Shown here one piece after another: positions 28,151 to 36,390 of a stretch of 56,808 bases of DNA; within the stretch, counting starts at the first letter, position 1; the number at the start of each line of letters is the position of its first letter. The position numbers and the translations under genes are program-made. A model generated the notes under the pieces. The model had not been told where the DNA came from. It saw only the letters and a program-made list of their open reading frames with translations, and made no database searches. This DNA is from an uncultured Methanosarcinales archaeon (GTDB taxonomy: Archaea; Nanobdellota; Nanobdellia; Woesearchaeales; CAZOXR01), in contig CAZMIO010000007.1 in NCBI GenBank assembly GCA_964566535.1, positions 1 to 56,808 on the forward strand, written 5' to 3'.

Positions 28151-28384
28151 TTATAAGCTTTCCAAAGCTTTTTTCATCAATGGTAGGACTGATTCTACTT
28201 CTTCTTTTATCATCCTTCCTAGTTTAGCAAAGCTCCATTCGCCATTTTGGTTCATGTTTTCTCTTGAAAGCTGAAGTTTTTTCTCGCCTTCATTATAACT
28301 ATAGATTCCAACATGAATCCTTGTTGTTTCGAAGATTGCCGTTTCTTTGAAAATTTCCTTATTTAAATTTGGGTCAAATGCCAT
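28151..28384 (-). CDS. Small conserved hypothetical protein (possible PC4-like ssDNA-binding fold)
   Basis: 77 aa with own TATA and SD GGTGA; beta-rich followed by a C-terminal helix (YSYNEGEKKLQLSRE...FAKLGRM). Confidence 0.7.
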   Translation of the reverse strand: MAFDPNLNKEIFKETAIFETTRIHVGIYSYNEGEKKLQLSRENMNQNGEWSFAKLGRMIKEEVESVLPLMKKALESL

Positions 28385-28478
28385 TATATCACCATTAACT
28401 AAGAAGTAAGGTTTGTTTTTTAAAAGTTTGCATTAGAATAATTAGAAAAAAATAAAAAATTGGTTTAATTTGTTTAGT

Positions 28479-28499
28479 TTAGCAACATCCGTCTCCCAT
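28479..28499 (-). CDS. Candidate 6-aa micro-peptide MGDGCC
   Basis: ATG GGA GAC GGA TGT TGC TAA; SD GGAGGT 6 nt upstream; TATA TTTTTATAT at ~28543-28551; U-rich tract downstream. Confidence 0.55.
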   Translation of the reverse strand: MGDGCC

Positions 28500-28575
28500 T
28501 TTGGTACCTCCTAAGCTTATGTTACAGTATGTACCACTGCCCATATAAAAAGGTTTGCACTTTAAGTTATAGGAG

Positions 28576-30060
28576 CTATTGGTTCTTAGGGATTACTATG
28601 GTAAATGTGGTTCCTTTCCCAACTTCAGAGGTTACTTTGATGTCTCCTTTGTGCAGCTTTACTATTTCGTAAGCTATTGTTAATCCTAGGCCAGTACCCC
28701 CTTCTTTTCTTGTCACATGGTGTTCTACCTGGTAGAATTTGTCAAATATCTTGTTTAATTGGTCTTTTGGTATGCCTGCTCCTGTGTCTGCAACCCCGAG
28801 TTCCCATGAATCGTTGATAGAGTTTATTGAGAATGTTATTTTTCCCCCTTTTTCTGTATATTTTATTGCATTTGATAAGAGGTTTATTAGAACTTGCTTG
28901 AACTTTTCAGAATCTACATTAACTTTTAGGTCTTTAGGTATTTCATTCTTTATTTTTATTCCTTTTTGGTCTGCTAATGGGATTGAGGAGTTATTGTTGC
29001 AGAAATCGTAGATATTGAATCTGCTTATGTTTAGTTTTATTTTTTTATCTTCTAATTTTGAAAGATCTAGGATGTCATTGATAAGGTAGGATAGCCTTTT
29101 TGTTTCTCCTTTTATTATGCCGAGTGATTCTTTTTGTTTCTGATTTACTTTTCCTAGTTTATCGTCTTTTAATAGGGAACTGTAAAGGTTTATTGAAGTT
29201 AGAGGTGTTCTTAGTTCATGGGATATTGTGGATACGAATTTATCCTTCATCATACTTAGTTCTTTTTCTTGTTTGTACTTTTGTTCTGAGATTTTTAGTT
29301 TCTTTCTTAGGAATGCTTTGTCTACAAGTTTTAAGTAAATGACTCTAGTGAGCATTAGGACTGCTAAGAGTGGGAATGGATGTTCTGCAACAAATAATTT
29401 AATGTTATTTCCGTTGTAGAAGAGGATGTTGATTAATCTTAAAAATGGTGTTGTAAAGTAAAATATGAAAGCTAAGATTAATGAATATCTATAACGATAT
29501 TTTACTTCAGTGTTTGTTGATAAAGTATTTATTGCGTAAAGGAGCAGAAGTATTTTGATAAATGTGAATAGGAGTCCGGAGATTGAATTTGTTATTATTG
29601 CATTGTTGTTTAGGAAGATGAGTACTTCTGCGATTAAAAATATTTGAAACAGGAAGTAGAGGATTAATGAAGGAGTTATTTGGAAGATAATCTGTTTCTT
29701 TATTGAGATTCCTTTTTTGACTAGGATGGGGAATAGGAATGCATTTATCATAAGAACTAAGGCTACTATTTCAAGTACGTGGCCGATAATTGGGAAGTAA
29801 TATCTATATGTTGTTGGCCCAATTTCCCTGAATAAGACTCCGAACAAGATAACAAATTCGACAATTTTTCCAAATGATAATGCTATGAATGCTATGGTTA
29901 AGTATTTTAGATCTAGTCTTTGGTCTCTTGTGTATTCAGAGACAATCATATAAGTTATTAGTAGGAAAAGTATTAACTCAAAACCCGTCTTGATCAATTC
30001 TCCTTCGAATGTTCCTAAGATAAAGAAGATTCTCCTAATGTTATCAATATCAAGAATCAT
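28576..30060 (-). CDS. Membrane-bound sensor histidine kinase
   Basis: Multi-TM N-terminus; H box SHELRTPL; N box NLLSNAIKY; G boxes DTGAGI and GTGLGL. Confidence 0.95.
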   Translation of the reverse strand: MILDIDNIRRIFFILGTFEGELIKTGFELILFLLITYMIVSEYTRDQRLDLKYLTIAFIALSFGKIVEFVILFGVLFREIGPTTYRYYFPIIGHVLEIVALVLMINAFLFPILVKKGISIKKQIIFQITPSLILYFLFQIFLIAEVLIFLNNNAIITNSISGLLFTFIKILLLLYAINTLSTNTEVKYRYRYSLILAFIFYFTTPFLRLINILFYNGNNIKLFVAEHPFPLLAVLMLTRVIYLKLVDKAFLRKKLKISEQKYKQEKELSMMKDKFVSTISHELRTPLTSINLYSSLLKDDKLGKVNQKQKESLGIIKGETKRLSYLINDILDLSKLEDKKIKLNISRFNIYDFCNNNSSIPLADQKGIKIKNEIPKDLKVNVDSEKFKQVLINLLSNAIKYTEKGGKITFSINSINDSWELGVADTGAGIPKDQLNKIFDKFYQVEHHVTRKEGGTGLGLTIAYEIVKLHKGDIKVTSEVGKGTTFTIVIPKNQ

Positions 30061-30067
30061 CTTAGAA

Positions 30068-30433
30068 TTATTTATTTAGCACTTGATTGATAACATGAAG
30101 TAGTTCGTCTGCTTCAAACGGTTTCATTATATAATCGTCAGCGCCTAAGTCCATTCCATCTGATTCGTCTTTTTCTTGGTTCTTTGCAGTAACCATGACA
30201 ATCTTAGTATGTTTAATTTCTTCGTCACTTCTTATACTTTTGCATACTTCCATTCCGCCCATCTTTGGAAGCATTAGGTCTAATACTACTAGGTCTGGCT
30301 TTTTTTCTTTTACTGCTTGTAATCCTTCTTCTCCATCTTTGGCAATATGGACATTGAAGTTTGCTGATAGAATTAGCTCTTGCGCCCTTGCTATGTTTTC
30401 ATCATCCTCAACTATAACAACACTCTTTTTCAT
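30068..30433 (-). CDS. Single-domain response regulator (receiver only)
   Basis: VEDD, DLVVLDLMLP, VTA and ADDYIMKPF motifs. Confidence 0.95.
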   Translation of the reverse strand: MKKSVVIVEDDENIARAQELILSANFNVHIAKDGEEGLQAVKEKKPDLVVLDLMLPKMGGMEVCKSIRSDEEIKHTKIVMVTAKNQEKDESDGMDLGADDYIMKPFEADELLHVINQVLNK

Positions 30434-30535
30434 CTTAAAGCCTCCCTATCACCTCAATGAAGAAAAATAAATGGAGATACGTTTATAAAGTTTTTGATAA
30501 GTTTTTGTAGGACAACTATTTCTTTTCTTTCTGAA

Positions 30536-30645
30536 CCAATCCTCCAGCCATCCCTGGCAGGAGACGGTTTTGTTTCACAAAACCTACTCGCCACCCCGGA
30601 TGGGGCATCCCCCGGCTCGTCTCCGCCATGGCTGGAGTCTCCTGG
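30536..30645 (-). ncRNA. Unassigned GC-rich structured RNA
   Basis: 63% GC over 30541-30640 in an AT-rich intergenic region; nested stems; TATA at 30666-30673. Strand inferred from G-U pairs and promoter spacing. Confidence 0.65.
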
Positions 30646-30695
30646 ACACTCATTATCCCAAAACCTTTATATACGGATTCTATTAACTTCTTGTT

Positions 30696-33215
30696 ATGGA
30701 ATTGCCTAAGAGATATGAAGCAAAGGATGCTGAGGGGAAATGGCAGAAGTTTTGGGAGAAGGAAGGAATCTATAAGTTTGATCCTGATTCTAAATCTGAG
30801 GTTTATTCTATAGATACTCCTCCGCCGACTGTTTCTGGAAAGATGCATATGGGGCATGCTTTTTCATATTCTCAGCAGGATTTTATCGCTAGATTTCAAA
30901 GGATGTTGGGAAAGAATGTTTTTTATCCGTTTGGAACGGATGATAATGGGCTGCCAACTGAGAGATTGATTGAGAAGACAAAGAAAGTTAAGGCATCTAA
31001 GATGGACAGGCAAGAGTTTGTTAAGCTTTGTTTAGATACTTTAGAGAATGAGTTGAGACCTAAATATATTGAAGATTGGAAACGGATTGGGATGAGTTGT
31101 GATTGGGATGTTTTTTACACAACAATCAATAAGCACTGTCAAAGAATTTCTCAGAGAAGTTTTATTGAGCTTTATGAGGCTGGGAGAATAGAGCACAAGA
31201 AATCACCTATTATGATCTGTCCTCAGTGCAGCACTGCAATTGCACAGGTTGAGATGAGGGATGAGGAGAAGAAGAGTTCTCTTAATTACATTAAGGCAAA
31301 GATGGATGATGGTGAATATATTATTTATGCTACTACAAGACCTGAACTAATCCCTGGTTGTGTGAGTGTTTCACTTAACAAAGATGGAATTTATGTTAGG
31401 GTTAAGAAAGGGAATGAGGTTTGGGTTATTAGCAAAGAGGCTTTTGAGAAGTTTCGTGATGAATGGGAGCTTACGCTTATTGATGAGGTAGAGGGTAATT
31501 TATTTGTTGGTAAGAAAGTTAAATTGCCAATAACTGGTGCTAAGATAACAGTACTTCATGATGAAGAGTCTAAGACAGAGTACGGTTCTGGAATAGTTTA
31601 TTGGTGTACTTATGGTGGTATGGAATGTATTGATTATCTTACTAGACATACAGATATTAAGCCGATACATATCATGGATATTTCTGGAAGATATAATGGA
31701 AAAGCTGGGAAGTATGAAGGAATGATGTCTCTTGAAGCTAGGAAAGCTATTTTAGAGGATTTGGAGAAAGATGGTTCTTTAGTATTTCAAGAGCACTTAA
31801 GTCACGCCGTTAATGTTCATGAAAGATGTGGAACTGATATTGAGTATGTTGCAACAAAGCAATGGTTTATCAAGTATTTAGATCTGAAGGAGCAGTTTTT
31901 GAAGAATGGTGCTGAATTGAATTGGTATCCTAAACATATGAAACACAGATATGATAATTGGGTTAAGGGGTTAAAATGGGATTGGTGTATATCTCGTCAG
32001 AGGTTTTTTGGAGTTCCGTTTCCAGTATGGTATTGTAAGGAATGTAAGGAAACTATAATTGCTAATGTTAATAAATTGCCAGTTGATCCTTTGAAGGATA
32101 AGCCCACTAGGAAATGTAAGTGTGGAAGTGATGAGTTTATTGGAGAGAAGGATATTTTGGATACGTGGGCGACTTCGTCGCTTACTCCACAGCTTGCTAC
32201 TGAGTTGTTTAAGGGCAAGAAGATTTATGATAAATTGTTTCCGATGTCGATTAGACCACAGGCGCATGATATTATTACTTTTTGGTTGTTTAATACATTG
32301 GTTAAGTCTCAGTTGCACTATGGAAAGAATCCATGGAAGGATGTGGTTATATCTGGGCATGCTCTTGACCCTCGTGGAAAGAAGATGAGTAAGAGTAAGG
32401 GGAATGTTGTTGAGCCTCAGTTAGTTTTAGAGAAGTATAGCTCTGATGCTCTGCGTTTTTGGGCAGCTGGCTCTAAGTTAGGGGACGACCTGCCTTACCA
32501 AGAGAAGGATTTGGTTACAGGGCAGAAGTTTATCACTAAATTGTGGAATGCTTCTAAGTTTACTTTTATGCATTTGGAGGATTATAAAGGTGGTAAGCCT
32601 AAGAAGCTAGAGGTTATTGATGAATGGATTCTGGTAAAGTTGAATGAGATTATTAAGAATTCTACTTTGTCTTTTGAGAAGTATGAATATTCCAGGACTA
32701 AATCAGATGTTGAGAATTTCTTTTGGCATACTTTTTGTGACAATTATTTAGAGATAGTTAAAGATAGGTTGTATAACCCTGATCAACGTGGTAAGAGTGA
32801 GCGGTTGAGTGCTCAGTATGGCCTTTACCATGGTTTGTTGGGAGTTTTGAAGTTGATGGCACCAATAATGCCGCACATAACTGAAGAATTGTATCATGCA
32901 TTCTTTAAGGTGAAGGAGAAAGCTAAGAGTATTCATATTTCTTCATGGCCTTCTGAGGTTGAAGTTGATAAGAAGGTTGAGAAAGTAGGTGATTTGGTTG
33001 TTTATGCTGTTTCCAAAGTAAGGCAAGCTAAGTCTGAGAATAATATGTCTTTGAAGAACCCGATTAAGGGGTTAATTGTTAAGGGGAAGATTTCGAAGAA
33101 AGAGTTTGAGTCTATTAAAGATGATTTAGTTGGTGCAACTAAAGCTGAGAGCGTTAGTTATGAGAAGTTAGCCGATGATTCTAAGATAAATGAAGAAGTC
33201 GTTGTTGAGCTTTAG
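30696..33215 (+). CDS. valS: Valine--tRNA ligase (archaeal type)
   Basis: DTPPPTVSGKMHMGH, DWCISRQR, DTWATS and KMSKS motifs. Confidence 0.97.
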   Translation: MELPKRYEAKDAEGKWQKFWEKEGIYKFDPDSKSEVYSIDTPPPTVSGKMHMGHAFSYSQQDFIARFQRMLGKNVFYPFGTDDNGLPTERLIEKTKKVKASKMDRQEFVKLCLDTLENELRPKYIEDWKRIGMSCDWDVFYTTINKHCQRISQRSFIELYEAGRIEHKKSPIMICPQCSTAIAQVEMRDEEKKSSLNYIKAKMDDGEYIIYATTRPELIPGCVSVSLNKDGIYVRVKKGNEVWVISKEAFEKFRDEWELTLIDEVEGNLFVGKKVKLPITGAKITVLHDEESKTEYGSGIVYWCTYGGMECIDYLTRHTDIKPIHIMDISGRYNGKAGKYEGMMSLEARKAILEDLEKDGSLVFQEHLSHAVNVHERCGTDIEYVATKQWFIKYLDLKEQFLKNGAELNWYPKHMKHRYDNWVKGLKWDWCISRQRFFGVPFPVWYCKECKETIIANVNKLPVDPLKDKPTRKCKCGSDEFIGEKDILDTWATSSLTPQLATELFKGKKIYDKLFPMSIRPQAHDIITFWLFNTLVKSQLHYGKNPWKDVVISGHALDPRGKKMSKSKGNVVEPQLVLEKYSSDALRFWAAGSKLGDDLPYQEKDLVTGQKFITKLWNASKFTFMHLEDYKGGKPKKLEVIDEWILVKLNEIIKNSTLSFEKYEYSRTKSDVENFFWHTFCDNYLEIVKDRLYNPDQRGKSERLSAQYGLYHGLLGVLKLMAPIMPHITEELYHAFFKVKEKAKSIHISSWPSEVEVDKKVEKVGDLVVYAVSKVRQAKSENNMSLKNPIKGLIVKGKISKKEFESIKDDLVGATKAESVSYEKLADDSKINEEVVVEL

Positions 33216-33227
33216 TCATATCTACAG

Positions 33228-34634
33228 TTAATCTATTTTTTTTACCCTAGGCCCATCATCTGAATCTTCGATGATATAGCCTTTTTCTTTTATTTTATCT
33301 CTTAGTTCGTCTGCTGTTTTGAAGTCTTTGTTTTTTCTTGCTGATTCCCTTTTATCTAAGAGGTCTTGGATAGATGAAGAGGTTTTTTCTTCTTTTTTGA
33401 AGTTCATCACCCCTAGAACTGAGTCTAGTTCTTTTAGGAGTTTTATTATAGAATCTGCGTTTTTCTTGCTAATTTTTCTTGTGTCTATTAATTTGTTGAT
33501 GTCTTTTGTGAAATTGAAGATTACTGCTAAGGCTTCTGATATACTGAGGTCGTCATCCATCTTTCTTTCAAACTTTGTTTTAGTTTGGTCAATTAATCTT
33601 GTGACTGCTGGATTGTCTATTGTTCCTTTTACATTTTTTAGGCTGAATATGAAATTGTTTAACCGTTCGATTGAGTTATGTGCTGATTTTAGTCCTTCGA
33701 ATGTGAAGTTTAATTGCTGTCGGTAGTTTGTTGCTAATAGTAGGTATCTAACCGATAATGGGTCAAAGTCTTTTTTTATGACGTCTCTTAATGTGTAGAA
33801 GTTTCCTAATGATTTTGACATCTTTTTTCCGTCAACAATTAGATGTTCGCAGTGAAGCCAATAGTTTACAAACTTTTTTTCGGTGTATGCTTCTGATTGA
33901 GTAATCTCGTTTTCATGGTGAGGGAATATTAGGTCAACTCCACCAGTGTGGATGTCAAATGTAGGTCCTAGGCTGTTCATCGACATTATTGTACATTCAA
34001 TATGCCAGCCAGGTCTTACTTTTCCCCAGTCCGAGTCGTAGGAGATATTCCTATTTATTTCGTCTTCTGTTGATTTTTTTAATAATGCGAAATCTCCGGG
34101 ATGGTCTTTTTCGTATTCGTCTGAATCTACTCTTGCCCCTGCTTTTTGCTGTGAGAGGTCAACTTTTGATAGTTTCCCGTAGTCTTTGAATTTATTTATT
34201 GCAAAGTAAACTGAACCGTTTTTTTCATAAGCATAGCCTTTGTCAACTAATGCTTTTGTAACCTTTATCATCCCATCAACGTGATCAGTTGCTTTTGGGA
34301 ACTTTGTTGCTTCTTTTATGTTTAGAGTAGTTAGGTCTTTGAAGAAAGCATCAGTAAATTTTTCGGTGAATTCTTTTAGGGAGAGGTTTGCTTCTTTTGA
34401 GTCCCTTATTGTCTTATCATCAATGTCTGTTATGTTCATGATATGTTTTACTTTGAATCCTTTGAATTCTAGGTATTTTTTTAGAATGTCTACGAATATG
34501 TAAGAGCGGAAGTTTCCGATGTGGGCGTAGTCATATACAGTTGGACCGCAGGAGTATAATGAAACCTGATTCTTCTTTAGTGGTTTGAAGGAATCTTTTC
34601 TTCTCGTTAGTGTGTTGTAAAATTTAAGTGCCAT
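33228..34634 (-). CDS. cysS: Cysteine--tRNA ligase
   Basis: CGPTVYD, HIGN, GWHIEC, FPHHENE and KMSKS motifs. Confidence 0.98.
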   Translation of the reverse strand: MALKFYNTLTRRKDSFKPLKKNQVSLYSCGPTVYDYAHIGNFRSYIFVDILKKYLEFKGFKVKHIMNITDIDDKTIRDSKEANLSLKEFTEKFTDAFFKDLTTLNIKEATKFPKATDHVDGMIKVTKALVDKGYAYEKNGSVYFAINKFKDYGKLSKVDLSQQKAGARVDSDEYEKDHPGDFALLKKSTEDEINRNISYDSDWGKVRPGWHIECTIMSMNSLGPTFDIHTGGVDLIFPHHENEITQSEAYTEKKFVNYWLHCEHLIVDGKKMSKSLGNFYTLRDVIKKDFDPLSVRYLLLATNYRQQLNFTFEGLKSAHNSIERLNNFIFSLKNVKGTIDNPAVTRLIDQTKTKFERKMDDDLSISEALAVIFNFTKDINKLIDTRKISKKNADSIIKLLKELDSVLGVMNFKKEEKTSSSIQDLLDKRESARKNKDFKTADELRDKIKEKGYIIEDSDDGPRVKKID

Positions 34635-34690
34635 TTTAGTATGTTATTTCTATTATAGTTTAAAATAGTTTTTGTTTTTTAATAAGTAAG

Positions 34691-34765
34691 AGGGAGGATT
34701 GGGATTTGAACCCAAAAATAAACGCTCTGCAGGCGCTCCCCTTAACCAGATTTGGGCATCCTCCC
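34691..34765 (-). tRNA. tRNA-Cys(GCA)
   Basis: GGGAGGA/TCCTCCC acceptor stem, U73 discriminator, anticodon arm AGCGC-CTGCAGA-GCGTT, T arm TTGGG-TTCAAAT-CCCAA. Confidence 0.95.
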
Positions 34766-34790
34766 GTAAAGGTGAAACTATGAAAAAGAA

Positions 34791-34823
34791 TTAACAGCAA
34801 CAAGATTTGAATGTTTGTTTCAT
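34791..34823 (-). CDS. Candidate poly-cysteine leader peptide MKQTFKSCCC
   Basis: ATG AAA CAA ACA TTC AAA TCT TGT TGC TGT TAA, 23 nt after TATA TTTAAATA (34847-34854) and 25 nt before tRNA-Cys. Confidence 0.65.
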   Translation of the reverse strand: MKQTFKSCCC

Positions 34824-34939
34824 AAGGGATAATGAATTGATACAGGTATTTAAAGTTTACTGATAATGAGGTTAATAATTTAAAACAAAAGCTTTTAATA
34901 TGTTTTAAGGTTACAAATTCTTTCAGGAGGCTGGTAATA

Positions 34940-35734
34940 ATGCAAGGAATATATGAATTATTGGGGAAAATTAAGGAGACAAAACCGTTAGTGCATCACA
35001 TTACAAATTGGGTAACTATTTATGACTGTGCGAATATTGTTCGAGCTGTTGGAGCACTGCCTGTTATGGCTCATGCTAAGGAAGAGGTTGAGGAGATGGC
35101 AGGAATTGCTTCTGCACTTGTTCTGAATATTGGAACTTTGACAACAGAGCTTGTGGATAATATGATCTTAGCTGGAAAGAAGGCTAATGAGAAAGGAATT
35201 CCGGTTGTGTTAGATGCTGTTGGTGTTGGAGCTACTAATTTTCGGAATGATAAATCTGCAGAGATTCTTGAGAAGGTTAAGGTTGATGTGATTAAAGGGA
35301 ACTCTTCTGAGATTGCTAAATTAGCTGGAGAGAATGTTGAGACTAAAGGAGTTGAGGCTGGACGTGTTGAAGCTAATTTGATTGAAGTAGCTAAGAAATT
35401 GGCTAACGAGAAGGATGCAACTGTTGTGATAACTGGCAAAGAAGATATTGTGGCTAACAAAGAATCTGTTTATACAGTTAAGAATGGGCATGATATGATG
35501 GGAAACATTGTAGGAACTGGTTGTATGGTGGCTTCCGTTATTGGTGCTTTTGCTGCTGTTGAACCAGATTATGCAAAAGCTGCTGCTGCTGCGCTTGCTA
35601 GTTTTGGCATTGCAGGAGAGCTTGCTGCTAGAAGATCATCAGGACCTGGAAGTTACAAAGAGTGCTTCTATGATGAGATTTTTAATCTAGATGAACTGTC
35701 CTTGAATGATATGCAAAAGGTTGAGAAAAAATAA
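34940..35734 (+). CDS. thiM: Hydroxyethylthiazole kinase
   Basis: [22 protein letters not shown] and GTGC motifs. Confidence 0.96.
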   Translation: MQGIYELLGKIKETKPLVHHITNWVTIYDCANIVRAVGALPVMAHAKEEVEEMAGIASALVLNIGTLTTELVDNMILAGKKANEKGIPVVLDAVGVGATNFRNDKSAEILEKVKVDVIKGNSSEIAKLAGENVETKGVEAGRVEANLIEVAKKLANEKDATVVITGKEDIVANKESVYTVKNGHDMMGNIVGTGCMVASVIGAFAAVEPDYAKAAAAALASFGIAGELAARRSSGPGSYKECFYDEIFNLDELSLNDMQKVEKK

Positions 35735-35739
35735 AGAAT

Positions 35740-36390
35740 ATGAGTAGAGATATTCTAGTTTATAGGGGACTGTATTTTGTAACTGATAGAGGGCTTTCTA
35801 GGAAAAGTGTTGTTGAGGATGTTACGTCTGCTATTTCTGCGGGGGTTAAGATAGTCCAGTATAGGGAGAAAGAGCTTGGTTTTGATGAGCAGGTTGGTGA
35901 GGCTAGGGAGTTGAGAAGGGTGACTAAGGAGAAAGGTGTTTTATTGATAATTAATGATGATGTTGAGATTGCGCTGGAGGTTGAGGCTGATGGAGTACAT
36001 ATTGGTCAGGATGATACTTCTTATGCTGAGGCTCGTAAGGTATTGGGTAGTGGGAAGATTATTGGAGTTACCGTTCATAATGTTTCTGAAGCTGTTTTGG
36101 CTGAGAAAATGGGTGCTGATTATTTAGGAGTTAGTCCTATTTTTGATACGACAACTAAGTTAGATGCAGGTAAGGGGTCTGGTGTTGAGTTAATACAAAG
36201 GGTTAAAAAGGCAGTTAGATTGCCAATTATTGCTATAGGTGGAATAAATTATAATAATTTGGAGGAGGTTATGGGGGCTGGTGCTGATGGTGCGGTTGCA
36301 ATGTCAGCGATTATAGCTAAGGATGATGTTAGTGCAGAGTGTAAGAAATTTATTGAGATGATGCAAAATGACAATACTTGGAAAAGCTAA
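35740..36390 (+). CDS. thiE: Thiamine-phosphate synthase
   Basis: QYREK, IINDD, GVHIGQDD, TTTK and AIGGI motifs. Confidence 0.96.
   Translation: MSRDILVYRGLYFVTDRGLSRKSVVEDVTSAISAGVKIVQYREKELGFDEQVGEARELRRVTKEKGVLLIINDDVEIALEVEADGVHIGQDDTSYAEARKVLGSGKIIGVTVHNVSEAVLAEKMGADYLGVSPIFDTTTKLDAGKGSGVELIQRVKKAVRLPIIAIGGINYNNLEEVMGAGADGAVAMSAIIAKDDVSAECKKFIEMMQNDNTWKS

Noticed and set aside
30536..30645. Identification of the structured RNA as 5S rRNA, SRP RNA, RNase P RNA or a T-box/riboswitch
   Set aside because: No 5S helix IV/V arm or CCGAAC loop; no SRP CAGG-GNRA-AGCA domain IV; no RNase P GAGGAAAGUCC; a TATA separates it from the leaderless valS.
30516..30857. 113-aa minus ORF and 30494-30709 plus ORF across the GC-rich island
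   Set aside because: They overlap valS, lack start signals and protein-like composition; the GC content is better explained by RNA stems.
34771..34794. Plus-strand GGTGA + ATG AAA AAG AAT TAA (MKKN)
   Set aside because: No plus-strand promoter; it is the complement of the U-rich tract after the Cys leader and probably coincidental.
34856..34939. TPP riboswitch upstream of thiM
   Set aside because: The region is short and AT-rich and lacks the CTGAGA and CCTGAT/AGGGA motifs.
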